Shown: positions 11,532-24,258, numbered from the whole stretch's first letter. The stretch is 48,928 nt of DNA, filler included, from Jimgerdemannia flammicorona (GCA_003990765.1; 2 parts of 2 records of this genome joined end to end with filler, not necessarily neighbours in it); one strand, 5' to 3'. Made by a program: numbers and translations. Notes: generated by a model not told the origin, from the letters alone.

Positions 11532-14500
11532 AAAGTTGCAAGCATAGTCGAGAACTGAGTCAATTCAATGCTCATTTTCAAAGGTCTAGTCAAGGGACAA
11601 GAACTAGATGTTCTTATAGACAGTAGAGCTGTTGGGAACTTCATCAACAAGAACCTCATCAACAAGCTCAAGATTCTTACCAAACTAGCCAGCAAGAATG
11701 GTGGAGTTGTCACTGCAGATGGCACCACCTTACCAATCAACTCAATTGCCGCTAAACTTCCAGAAGTACTGGGAACATTTAGATTTCGAGGTAGCACCAC
11801 TAGGAGACCATGACCTGATCCTAGGCAAACCCTGGCTTACATGGCACAACCCTCAGATTGATTGGACTAAGAATGAAGTCACCTTGATTCAGGATGGAGC
11901 CAACATTACCATCAAGCCAGACAAGACTCAGATGAGAACCCCAATCGCTACCCTTTCAGCAATTCAGTTCAAGAAGGCCCTCAAGAAAGCTATCTGTGCC
12001 TTTGTGGCACTAATTGGACCAAAGAAAGAAGACAAGAAGCTATCAATTAGTGTAAGCATCAAGTTACTGCTGAACAAGTACAAGGATGTCTTTCTGGACA
12101 AACTACCTGGTCTACTACCTTCAAGAGACCATGACCACGAAATCAAGTTGGTACCTGATGCAGCTATATCTAAGAAGAAAATGTACCACATGTCTCTACT
12201 CAAAATTGAAGCAGTCAAGAAGGAACTCAATAAACTCATCAAGCAAGGAGCCATTCAGCCAAGCAAGTCACCCTTTGGTTCCCCAGTCCTATTTGTCAAG
12301 AAAAAGGATGATACTCTGTAAATGTGCATAGACTACTGAGCACTCAACAAGATCACAGTCAAGAACCATTACCCGCTACTACTCATAGATCAAATCTTTG
12401 ATACTCTCAAAAATGCAAAGTACTTCACCAAGATTGATCTCACCTCTGGGTATCACCAAATTTGAATCAAGCCAGAAGACATACCCAAGACTGCCTTTAT
12501 GACACCCTTTGGACTCTATGAATTTCTAGTTATGGCCTTTGGTCTCACCAATGCACCAGCAATCTTTCAAGATCTCATACAAACTGTCTTCAAGGATCAG
12601 CTCTATATCTTTGTACTTGTATACATTGATGACATCCTGATCTTCAGTAGCATTGAAGAAGAACACCTTAAGCATATTGAACAAGTCCTCAAGATTCTCT
12701 GTGAGAACAAGCTCTATGCAAAGCTCAAGAAATGTGAATTTTTCAAGGATCAAGTTGAATACCTTGGACACATTGTATCAGCCAAAGTAATTCAAGTAGA
12801 CCCAAGAAAAATACAAGCCATTGAACAGTGGCCTGTACCAGCAAACCTCACTGAACTCAGGTCCTTCCTTGATCTGGCTGGATACTACCATTGATTTGTC
12901 AAGAACTTCTCTGGCATTGCAGAATCTTTAACAAACCTCCTGCAAAAGGAACCCAACTCTGATCTCTATGTCCCCTACATCTGGGATGCTTTCTGTCAAC
13001 AAGCTTTTCAAGAACTCAAGAACTACCTGATCCATGCACCTGTCCTGAGAAACATGGACCCAAACTTGAAGTTCACAGTTACTATAGATGTATCTAACTT
13101 TGCCATTGGTGCAGTCATTTCTCAAGATGATGGTCAAGGACACTGACCTATTGCCTTTGAGTCAAGAAAATTGTCCCCAGCAGAACAAAAGCTGGCTACT
13201 CATGAAAAGGAACTTCTGGCAATCATGCATACCCTTAAGACCTGGCGATACTATCTAGAAGGAATTGAGTTCAACATAATCACTGATTACAGATCTCTTC
13301 AGTACATCAACACTCAACCAACCCTTTCTTGCCAACAAGCCAAGTGGAGCCAACTACTTCAGACCTTTACCCCAAACATCATCTACAAGCCTGGCAAAAC
13401 TCTAGTTGTATCAGATGCACTTTCAAGAAGACCTGACCTTACTGCAATTTTACAAGTCACTGTGGTACCTGAATTCCTCAATCAGATCAAGAAGGCATAT
13501 GAACAAGACCCTCTAGTTCTACAAAGGAATACTAAGGAATTTAAGAAAAAGTACACTATCAAGGACAACCTCATATACTATCAAGACAAGTATATATTCC
13601 TGCCAACCCTGAACTATGGTACAAGATTCTTCATGAACACCATGATTCCCCACTAGCTGGTTACCTTGGAACTGAGAAGACCATCAAGAATATCTAATGA
13701 GACTACTACTGGCCAAACATGCTCAAGGAAATCAAGGAGTATGTCCAAAGCTGTGATCTTTGCCAAAGAAATAAGTCAAGCAATCAAGCACCTGCTGGTC
13801 TTCTACAACCCTTGTCAATTCCAACCAAGAAGTTCAAACAAGTCACAATGGACTTCATTGTACAACTCCCACGAACCAAAACAGGCGATGATGCTATTGT
13901 TGTATTTGTAGACTGTCTCACCAAGATTATAATTGCTGAGCCAACCACAACCAATGCCACTGCCCCAGAAATTGCAAGAATCTTCTTCAAGACTGTCTTC
14001 TGCCATTATGGACTTCTCCAAGTAATTATCAGCAACCACAATCCCAACTTCACAAGTCACTTCTGGCAAGCACTCTTCAAGACCCTTGGAACCCAAATTG
14101 CTATGTCTACTGCCTTCCATCCTCAAACTGATGGACAGACAGAGCGAATGAACAGAATACTTGATCAAATGCTCAGAAACTATGTGTCTTATGAGCAAGA
14201 TGATTGGGACCACTATCTGACCTATGCTGAGTTTGCCTACAACAATACCAACCAATCATCAACTGGCCTTTTCCCATTTCAGCTACTTTACAGTCAAAAC
14301 CCTGAGACCCCTACAAGTCTAGTCTCATTCCAGCAATCCAGTTACACACAAGTCCCCAGGGCCCAGAACCTTATTGATAAAATGGATTCTCTTCTCAAGA
14401 TCGCCACTACAAACCTACAAAAGGCTCAGCAACATCAAGTTAAGTATGCAGATAAGAAGCAGTGAGATGTCATATACAACATTGGTAATATGGTTCTACT

Positions 14501-14747
14501 CAAAGCCGACAACATTAAGGCTCAATCTCAAGTCAACTGCCAGTCAGCCAAATTCCAGCCCAAGTACCTTGGACCCTTTGAAATTACCAAGCAAGTCTCT
14601 ACCTGGTCTTACCACCTCAACTTGCCAACAACCATGCATATACACCCAGTATTCCATGTGTCACAACTCAAGGCCTGGAACCAGTGACCTCCATATCCTG
14701 GCTGAATTCTGACACCATCAGTATCAGTCATAGTTGAAGACCACATT

Positions 14748-14902
14748 GAGTATGAAGTTGAGAAAATCTTAGACAAGTATGTAAGTCTGATACTATTCGC
14801 ACAGAATACCTAGTCAAGTGGATGGGTTACCCTGAATATGGTGCTACCTGGGAATCTACTGCCAATCTCAAGAACTCCCAAGACCTCATACAAGAGTTTG
14901 AG
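14748..14902 (+). pseudogene. Integrase C-terminal chromodomain
   Basis: EYEVEKILDK...EYLVKWMGYPEYGATWESTANLKN, with one frameshift. Confidence 0.92.
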
Positions 14903-15203
14903 TAAAAAGAAACTCATTGACTGCCCATGAGGTTCTCTTCTTAGATAGTAGATGACCTACTGTACTGATCAGGCACATTATGCATTGGGGCTCTCTAAGG
15001 GATACAGCATCAGAAACAAGAGATATAGGAAAACTCTATAAATCCTACAATCAATGAGGTTCAAACCAGTTCTCATCCAATCAAGATGATACTTTTTTTT
15101 TTTTTTTTTTTTATAGTCACTTGGACTCCTTTATTACGGAACTATCTAATAAAACAAGACCCTATCTGATAACTACTACAAATATAACTATAAAGAGGGC
15201 CTA

Positions 15204-18200
15204 TCAGCCAACTTCTTCTTTCCACTGCACCCCCTTCTCACCAAGCACTAGGTGCCCTTGACTTTTCTGGACAATATCTAGCACCTTTCACATAGCTCCC
15301 AACTGGTGCCTCTTCCCCTGATACCACCACCCTTGCACCACTTCCAGAAGCAGCCCCTTCCACCACTTCATCAATTCACCAATCTCCATCCAAGGATCCT
15401 TCTCAAACACCCATCTCCAATGCACTGCCATCAGGACCCAGATGCCAATGATCTGGCCTAGGCCCCCCCAAATGTCCCCAATCTCTCCCACCAGTTGCCG
15501 CTTGACCACCTGACAGGTGGGGCCCCCTACATGCTCACTTTCGCCACTCCAGTAGCTTTCCAACATCTGCCAAAATCCCTCCACCCCTGGGCATGCTGCC
15601 ATGACATGCTCTGGCGTCTGCACCACACCCCCATCCAGCTCACAGCACCACTCTCATACCCTCACACCTTCAGCCTCTATCCATCCTGTCCTGTACCTCA
15701 GCATGACATTCCTCCACAAAAATCTCCACCATACCACCCAGAACTTAGGTGGTACAATCTTGAGCAATGAGGTCCCCCATCCCCAAACCAGGCCCCACTC
15801 CCAATCCTCCCCAAACACAGCCTTCTGCCAACCAACTGGCCATCTCTCAAGTGGACCCCTCCAGATCTATTCCATCACCCCAGACAGAGAGTATTCTGTC
15901 AACTGGTGGCCACCAATATGAATATCACTAAGACACCACCATCTCTGTTCCATGTTCTCCTCATCACCCAGCTCTGGACCTGTGAGGCCCATTGCCAGCC
16001 AAGCCTTCACTATGCCCCACCAGAACCCCTGGTACCGCAATCTGCTAACTCTCCAACCTGCAGCAACCCACGTATATTCTTCCGAACCTCATCATGGGGG
16101 CAAAACCTGACTTCCCAATTGTCTATAGCCAGTTTGCCCCAACCATCCACCCCCAATTCTGCCAATCGACAACTCCACCAACTCCGAAGCACCTTCAGCC
16201 ACCTCCTAAAATCCACTAGCCCCAATCCACCATCTACTGTGCACATCACTACCATCTCCCAACTGATCTGTGGTCTTCTTCCTTGCCACAGCCATCCTTC
16301 CACTACCTTCTTCAGTTTCTGTACCACCCAACTGGGAAAGTCCAAATGATATCCCAGGTACCACAGCTTCAGTAGCCAATATACATTCAGAACTACAATC
16401 CTCTCCACCAAAGAGAAGCCCCTCCCTGACCAGCCCACCAAGGTATTCTCCCACTTCTGTATCATTCCACTCTACCACTCCTTTGGCAAAACTGTTCCAT
16501 ATACTGAGAACCAGATACCCAGATATCAGACTACCTCTCCTGTACGTACCAGTTGACCAAAATGTCCATGGTCCCCCAGCCCAGCTCCCAGTTCCATAGT
16601 TTCACACTTGCCCCAATTCAGTTTCGCCCCTGCCAGCCTCTCATACTGCCCCACTCCTTCCTGCAGGTTTGTCACATCCACCATACAGCCTAACCCTACT
16701 ACCATATCATCAGCAAAAGCCCCCAGCTTCCAGACCACCTCCCCCATCTTCAGCCCAGTGAGCCTTTCTCTCAGCTATGCCAACAAAGGCTCCAAGGATA
16801 GGATGTAGAGTAAGGGTGAGAGAGGATCCCCCTATGGCACGCCTCTCCCCAAGACAAACTCTGGGCCACACCACCCATTCATTAGTACTGCAGCCCAACA
16901 GCCTCGCACCAGGCCCATCAGTTTTCGAGCCTCCACCACACCGAATCCTGTCTTCTGCAGAACTGCCTCCAGATAGTCCCACCTCACTCTATCGTATGCC
17001 TTTTCCTGATCCAAGAACACCATTCTCCCATCTACTTGCCAGCTTCGACAGCCCTCCAAGACATTTTGCACCCAGGCTGTGCTGTCTTGGATCTGTCTCC
17101 CCTTCACAAATCCTCGCTGTTCTTCACCCACCAATTGGCCAATCCAACGTTGCATCCTCCCCACCAGGATCTTGGATACCAACTTCCTGTCCACATTCAG
17201 TAGCATAATGGGCCACTAGTTCCGCCACATATGGCGGTCCCCTTTCTCCTTATAGAGCAGAGAGACTAACCCTAAGGAGCCATTGCCGATCCAGCAGCCT
17301 TCACCTATCACAAAGTTTGCCATTTCCACCAGCTAACTCCCAAACTTGACTTGGAATTCCTTCCAGAACTCCCAAGGCAGTCCATCCTCTCCTGGTGATG
17401 AACCAGCCTGTACTTTCTGCAGAACCTCCAGAACCTCTTCAAGGGCCACCATGCCCATTATCGCCCCGCCTATCTCTGGCACCACTACCACTGGCCAGCT
17501 ACTAACAAGAGTGTCATTATCCTCTGGTTGAGACACTCCCCCCACCAGTCCTCCTCCATCTTGCCATAGAGCATGCCATTGCCCTGAAATCTCTCCAAGT
17601 ATATCAGTAATACCAGTAACCTCAACACCATCCTCCTGCAATACAGAAGCCCAGCTGTGCTGCACTCTCCTGGCCTTCAAGATCCGGACAAATACTTAGT
17701 GGGTTGCTCTCCTTCCTCCAACTGTCTTGCCCACAATCTTGCCAGTAGCCCATCTACTACCCTATCTTCTGCTGCCTTAAAATCTAACCACAGTTCAGCC
17801 ACCTCCTTAGCCAACTGAGAGCATCTCTCTCCAGATAAATTCTCTCCCTCCAGGAATTTCAGCCACCAACATAGACCCTGTTCAACCCCCCTTTCTCTAT
17901 CCTTCTGCTCCTTGCCAGCTACCTCTCCCACATCCCGCCAGTAAGCACCTGCCAAATGTTTGAATTTCCCCCACCACTGTGCTATCGACTATTCACTGTC
18001 TTTCCACCATGCCACTTCCTGCCTTGCGATTTCCACAAATTGGTCCCTTTCCACCTGCCTTTTGAGTAGTGCCACATTGAGTTGCCATCTGCCTCCACCT
18101 CCACTGACCATCTGGAATCTCCCACACACCTCAACTCCCCAGTGATCTGACCAAGGACACCACCATACTCCTGTTGAATCCAATACATTGCCCCAGCATT

Positions 18201-18834
18201 CTGCCACCAGGATCCAATCAATCCTCATTCCAACCAAGTCTTCACCAACTGAGTGCAACCTAGTGAATGGCCCTGGTCTTTCCCCTTGATGCTGTCAAAC
18301 TCCATCAACCAATCCCATATCCCTCTCTACCTGGAGCCACCATGAGAGCCCAGTAGATACAGCCACACCAACTCCACCATCAGATCTATCTAATGTTCTA
18401 TCACAAATCATGTTAAAGTCCCCCCCCAGAATGTCCAACCCCACCTCATCCCGGTCTCCCCAAGCCAGCCAGCCTTCCACCCATTGGTTCCGCTCTCTAC
18501 CCACTGCTGGCAGATAAGCAGAGCTGACCACTAGTCCATCGCCAGCTCCACCTTTCAACCTCCCCCAGACCAATCGATCACTATATACTGCAACTTCCAA
18601 CAGCTCACCTCTCCCCAAGCTAACTAAAATGCCCACCTGTTCATTCCAACCTATACTTCCATACCATTCCCTACCCCAATCCTCATAATCCTGCTCTCCA
18701 TATGCCCGAATGTCCTGTAGCAATACAACATCATATCTCCTGATCTTCAGCCAATGAAATAGATGCCTTCTCTTCACTCTATCACGCAAACCATTGACAT
18801 TTAATGATAAGATATATAGACTATTCATCATCAT
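15204..18834 (-). pseudogene. LINE B ORF2 (APE-RT), disrupted
   Basis: SLNVNGL, LLQD, GGDFN, RIDW, SDH, SPGEDG, LDQEKAYD, GAFADD and QTPEHVMAAC across the listed ORF fragments. Confidence 0.93.
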
Positions 18835-18846
18835 AAGTAAAAATAT

Positions 18847-20690
18847 TTAAAGCTCCACTGGAATCACCACCACCTTCTCTGCCTGACCACAGATTATTGC
18901 CTTCCATTCCTCACAGATTGCCCTCCAGATACGGGCTCCATTGACTCCACTGCAGAATATATCTACTCGCTCAGATGCCACCTTCCTGATGTCAGCCATA
19001 TGATCCTCATCTACCTCATATCCTTCATCATCCAGAAGTGCAGCCACCATCACTGTCACCAACTTCAGTCCTTGCAATGCTACATTGAGGAACCCTTCCC
19101 AGGCCTCTTGAGATCCATTAAATACATCCACTTCCTTGATATCCTCCTCTGCCAGTTTCTCGAGCACTGCCTGATACCAGTCATCAGCTGTCATCACCAT
19201 GGGCCCAGGGGTGGTGGGCCTTGGGGTCCTGCTCAGTTCCTGTAACATCTCTCAGTCCACCAACACATCAGAGGCCACATCTACCAGATCATCCTCCTCT
19301 GCACCCTTCTCCAGCCTCACCACTTCGCCAGCCTCTGGACACTCCCAGTGAACATTTGCTGCCCCTGCCATCCAGACATCCTCCAACTGAGTCTCTGGCA
19401 CCACCTCAGCAACCTCCTCGAAACCCCCTACATTCGTCTCCTCCTTATCAGCCTACTTCCCCTTTACTGGTGCATGAGCTGAATCCTCCACTCCCCCCAG
19501 TTGTGAATAGGATACCTCAACTGTCTCCACCTCTTCCATCTGACTCTTGACCATCTCTGCCCTTTCTTCTCCTCCACTTTCGAGCCCTGGAGGACTGTCT
19601 GTAAGCGCTCCCAGTTTGCCCTCTGCCACTTCTTCCTCTTTCCATCTGTTGGAATCCAGATCCAGTCCTTGGCAAACTCCTCCCATCTCCTCTTCCACAC
19701 TTCCTTTGCAGCCTCTCTCTCCTCCAGGGCAATCAGCAGTTCCTCCTCCTCCTGTTCCGAACCCTTCTGTCTCCACACTTTACACTTCTGCCCTTGGACA
19801 TGGATCACCTCTGGCCAGTCCCTCCCTAGCCCTGTAGCCTCCTTGCCTTCCAGCCTCACCATTATCTCACAGTTGCCATTCCTCAGCTTGGTCCCCTCCC
19901 AGAACATGAACCCAAAGTCAACCATCTCACCGAAGCCCCCCAGTGCCTCTGCTACAATCCCTTTTGTCTCCTGTCTTCTCAATGTCAGCAGCCCCTCAAT
20001 CACCAGATGTATGGCACGCAGGTCCCACCTCAGGCACCTCACTATGCCCACCTTGATATTCTTGATGACCAGCCCTTTCTCCAAAGCTTTTGCCATATCC
20101 TCCTCCTCCACAAATCCTATCTCTACTGCCTCTGCTGATGGGATGAACTTCAGCAACTCTGCCCCAGCAACCTCCTCTCCCACCAGCCGCAAGACCTCCC
20201 TAGCAGACATCCCCAGCCCCAGGAAATTCGCTGAGATAGCCCACATCAACACTGACTTGTGAAAGAAGGGATGTACCACCAGTTCACCAGAGCCTACCAC
20301 CATCATAGCCTTCTTCTTATTCTCAGATACCCCAGCAGTCACCCCAGCCACAGGCCCAGCCCCAGGAATGCCAGTCCCAGCCACACCACTTCTGGACCCC
20401 TGGCCTCTGGCAGGCACCTGACCAATCACCTGACCAGTCACCTGGCTGGTCACCTGACTTCTACCCCTGTCAACACTACGTCCCCCCTGCCCTACTCCCA
20501 TGGGCCTAGTAGCCACCCTCCTGCCCCCCATCACTGTATACCAACTTTTGATACCAGCCTGCCTTCCTTGACCACCTGCTCCTCCTGCTCCAGCACCAGT
20601 CCCAGCCACTGCTGCAAAACTCTTGGGGAGGCCCAGGCCAGGCCTCCTTCTCTCCAAGTGCTCAGAGCTTGATGAACCCTGGGTCGCCAT
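18847..20690 (-). pseudogene. LINE B ORF1 (Gly-rich N-terminus, probable RRM-like core, acidic C-terminus)
   Basis: 408-aa ORF 19464-20690 plus 18847-19248. SFAAVA motif and VEIGF..RCLRWD..GEMVDFGF block shared with family A ORF1. The RRM call is inferred from position and pattern. Confidence 0.85.
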
Positions 20691-21002
20691 TTGATGAAAA
20701 CTCCATGGAATTTGGCAAAATTTGTTGTAGACTGTTACTAGACTCCTGCCGCATCTTGTACACCAGAATAGATGACGGGAAAACTTGAAAATGTGTTGCT
20801 TGTCACAAAAAGATGTCTGTGTGACTTAGTTCACTCTAAATGGTTTGAGCAAAAGGAGTCGATCAAGATGATACTTTGGTCCTTGCCTTATACAAGGATG
20901 GCCAATCCTTGCCAATGAGTCAATATATTTAATTTGAAGTTTCTTTTAGTCTTACTGTTTGTTATGTATAACTTTGAGAATTCAATAAGGATATTGATTC
21001 TT

Positions 21003-21015
21003 AAGGAGGGGGAGA
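21003..21015 (+). promoter_or_regulatory. Polypurine tract of Gypsy-1
   Basis: AAGGAGGGGGAGA directly abuts the 3' LTR. Confidence 0.92.
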
Positions 21016-21419
21016 TGTAATACTTTAGTATAGTTTATTTCTTTTCTCTGTCTTTCTTAAATATTCTATAACCTTCCAGCACTTTCCACATACTTAGAAA
21101 TCCCCTTCTTGGCACTGAGCATTAACTAGTACTTATTTAGCTAGTCACAGAATATCCTGGAAACTTGTAGAACTTTATTTGTCATCATTTATCATCTTTG
21201 CTGAGAACTTTCCTCTTGGCATTTTCTTTTGATTTCTCAGATCCTTCCAGATCCTTCCTTCAGATCTTGTATAAATATCCCCTTTGTTCTTATGAATAAA
21301 GTCTCAGAATATTTTCTCTCAGAAATCCTTTGAGAATACTTGAATTCTTAGTATCTCTTTGAGCTACTTAGGACTACCAGAACTAGTCACTTCCTCATTT
21401 AGAAACTAGAACCATTACA
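21016..21419 (+). repeat. 3' LTR of Gypsy-1
   Basis: TGTAAT...ATTACA followed by the AGTAC TSD. Confidence 0.97.
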
Positions 21420-22258
21420 AGTACCATGACTTTTACAAGCTGAATTATATATATATATTTATAAAGAGCTCACCAATTTAACCTCACATTCAATAAGCAG
21501 AATTTGGTAGGCAAAATTTCATTTACAATCAATACATGGACATCCCCCAATGCAATTTTGTTTCTAGACATTACTGATCATTAGATAGACCTCAATTGGC
21601 AGCTTAAATCTCTCACCCTTGACTTCATCAAACTTGCTGGCCCTCATTCTGGAGACAATATTGTAGATGCTTTTATTAGTTATATCCAAGAGCTTGGAAT
21701 TACAACCAAGGTAAAAAAGGAGAGCTTACTATTAGGTCAGCATTTTGAGAGAGGTCCTAAAATAAAACAGATTTTATTGGTTATTTATTTTCACATAAAT
21801 TTGTCAACCAAATATTTCAAGTACAGATTTTGGTCATTATGATGGACAATACTACAAATAACTCAACATTTTTCCAAGTTTTAGTAGCCAGCCTTAAATA
21901 GGAAAATGTGGCCTTCAGTGCAGAAAGCTGCCATGTATGATGTCAGGCCCATATACTGAACCTTACTGTTCAGGACTATCTTATGTACATAGACAAAACA
22001 TCCAAGAGAGGAGGGGCCCTGAGTATAATTTCCAAGCTGTGCAAACTGGTTGTATTGGTCTGATTGTCCCCACAATAACAAGACAAATTTACTGCACAGT
22101 GTAGAGCAATCAGTTTAGCCCTGAAAGAGCTTATATTGGATGTCTGTATACATTGGAACTCAACATTTACAATGATCCAGCATGCGCTGAAGTTTGTTAT
22201 GGTATGCATCCTTTTTTTCTTTGGTTGGCTGAAGCAACTTATTTCAGATAATTGAAGA

Positions 22259-22289
<31 letters not shown>

Positions 22290-23504
22290 ACAAAAAAAAG
22301 CCAATAGATTTAACAGTAGCTGCCAACAAGGAAATATGAGATGAGGCTCTAGGTGAAAGCAAGTGGGATGTACTTAGGAATGTTGTCAGAGTTTTGGAAG
22401 TAAGTGATAATTGCTCTGACTTTACACTCATTTTGTCTACCTCTGCATAATGCAATACCTCACTACATATAACTGCTAGTGTTTTGATGATTGTATGAAG
22501 GATATAGTCAAACAAATGACCCCAACAATAAGCTCTGTAATACCAGTATACAACCTTCTGATTAACTGGCTAGAGGACCAGCTCGAGGACAGGCTGGAGG
22601 GTTGCAGTGATTTATAGTTAAGCCTGAATTAGAGAGATGCTGTGGAGGTTGCTCTAAGTAAGCTCAGAAAATACTACTCCAAAACAGATACTGCTATATA
22701 CTCAATCAGTACAGATATATCAGTGTTTAGCTATTGCCCCTTCTAAAATAGAGAAATCTCTGCAAAAACTCACTCTTCTTTTCTCTGAATAGTGCTGGAC
22801 CCATGCTTAAAGCTACAATACCATAAAGATCAGGGCTGGGAGCAGCACTTCATTGAGAAAACCAAGTAGGCCATAATTGAAGTGTACTGGAAAAACTATG
22901 CACTACCACAAGGTTCTGGCTGAAGTCTGGACAAATATGTTGAGAGATCCCTCCTGTTCCACATTTACTTCAACAGAAAGAGAAAGAGGGAGCCATCAGT
23001 AGAAGAACTGCTGTCAATAGATGAACTTACCATTTACCTTGCCAGTGACCATGTGATTCTGCTGGAGGGTGCGGAGGTACTCAACTGGTGGAAGATAGGT
23101 TATCAGGTGGATATTCAGCCAATTTAACCCTCTAATCTAACTACTACTCTACCCACCAGAGTATGCAGCTGTATCAAACAGACTTCCCCAATCTGTATGG
23201 TATGGCTCAGAACTATCTGGTGATTCCTGCCTCTAGCACTCCCATCGAGTGTTTTCAGATGGGGTGGACCTCATTGCCCCAAAGAGGTGTATACTGAATG
23301 CTGAGATAATCTGGGCATGTATGTGTCTGAAGTCTTGGTGGAGCTCAGGCTGCTAAAATTTGGCAGATCCTGGAAGTTCACAGATAAGTTGGTTGGTCTT
23401 GTGAAATATTTAATACCTTTTAAAAATAAAAAGGAAAAAAAAACCTGAGGACTCAGCTCAGAGTTTGTGGCCCAAGTAGAGCAGTGGTCAGCAGGGTTGG
23501 TGAT

Positions 23505-23995
23505 AGTAGAGGGAGTGTGCAAAATTTGTGGCCCTTTGCCAGCAGCAAGGAGCAGCCTCAAGCTGTTAGTACCTGGGTCAGATAGGTGGGTGGGTCAGTG
23601 GGTAGATTGGTGGGTGGGTCGGTGGGTGCAGAGTTGGCAGAGAGAGCATGCAAAATTTGTGGCCCTCCACCAGTAGCAAGGGGCAGCCCCAAGCCACAAG
23701 TGTCTGGGTCAGGGTGTTGGCAGAGGGGGGAGGCAGAGGGAGTATACAAAATTTACAGCCCTCCACCAGCAGCAAGGGGCAGCCCCAAGCTATCAGTGCC
23801 TGGGTTAGTGGGTGGGGTCAGTTGACAGGATTGGCTGGCAGGGTTAGTGGAGGGAGCATGCAAAATTTGCAGCCCTCTGTTGGCAGCAAGGGGCAGCCTC
23901 AAGCCACAAGTGTCCAGGATGGGCAGGGCAGGTGGAGAGAGTGCACAAAATTTGCAGTCCTCTGCCAGTGGTATAGAGGTAGCCCCAAGCCACCA
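23505..23995 (+). repeat. Five ~55-65-bp GC-rich subterminal repeats with variable G-rich spacers, downstream of the hAT transposase
   Basis: Core caaaatttg(t/c)(g/a)gccct..cagcaagg(g)gcagcc(c/t)caagc at ~23520, 23651, 23746, 23861 and 23946. Confidence 0.85.
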
Positions 23996-24258
23996 AGGAG
24001 TCTGAGTCTGGGTTGGAGAGTACTTCTAATAGTTGGAGGGTACTTCTGGCAGTCAGAGGGCATTTCTGGCAGTTGGAGGGTGCTTCCAGCAGTCAAAGTC
24101 CACTACAGATTTCGATCTCATGGACACCCTGGCCCTATACTGTAGTGCTATACTGGCAGCACTGTAGAGCAGGGCCAAGGGGCCAGTAGGGCCTGGTATA
24201 ATGACTAAACTAGTGCTACAGAAGAGGTACCTGGCTGCCAGCCCAACCCATACAAAAT

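Larger units (their letters stand above)
10092..14905 (+). pseudogene. Gypsy-1 gag-pol polyprotein (Gag, CCHC knuckle, dUTPase, protease, RT, RNase H, integrase, chromodomain)
   Basis: KPQKPDTFDG, PAPMDLD, CFFCHQPGHIATKC, LIDS(R)AVGNFI, ILGKPWL, YIDDILIFS, HEKELLAI, TDYRSL, SDALSR, HPQTDGQTERMN, YLGPF, IHPVFHVSQLK. Many C>T-type stops and a few frameshifts. Confidence 0.95.
15093..20860 (-). mobile_element. L1/Tx1-like LINE family B, full length, inserted in the 3' region of Gypsy-1
   Basis: Poly(A) at 15093-15112. TSD atcaagatgatacttt at 15080-15095 and 20862-20877. ORF1 and ORF2 are homologous to, but clearly diverged from, family A. Confidence 0.95.
9620..21419 (+). mobile_element. Ty3/Gypsy chromovirus-type LTR retrotransposon (Gypsy-1), complete, with dUTPase; interrupted by LINE B
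   Basis: Two 404-bp TG..CA LTRs, 5-bp TSD AGTAC (9615-9619 and 21420-21424), PBS, PPT, and gag-DUT-PR-RT-RH-INT-CHROMO order. Confidence 0.97.
9040..23345 (+). pseudogene. hAT-superfamily transposase, intron-containing, split by the Gypsy insertion (exonic parts ~9040-9619 and 21425-23345)
   Basis: Hand translation gives BED finger SKIWQHY..VI(C)NYC-intron-..GGMTLNIY*HIKDK, then LIHWIVYTDQPFTTIE, KISFTINTWTS..DITDH*ID, HSGDNI, MDNTTNN, *CQAHILNL, LILDVCIHWNST, VLDPCLK, VLNWWK, FPNLYGMAQNYLVIPASS, MCLKSW. Short GT-AG introns separate the blocks. Confidence 0.9.

Noticed and set aside
15124..20860. 9-bp complementarity between LINE B 5' end (GACTCCTTT) and 3' UTR (AAAGGAGTC)
   Set aside because: Short, not seen in family A, and 1-2 of the bases may belong to a CpG-decayed extension of the TSD.
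21976..22515. 179-aa minus-strand ORF with FFFF/KKK run
   Set aside because: Antisense to hAT exons and introns, and spans an intronic T/A homopolymer.
23505..23995. CRISPR-like repeat-spacer array
   Set aside because: Repeats are degenerate, spacers are unequal and related to each other, there are no cas genes, and the context is eukaryotic. Position fits hAT subterminal repeats.
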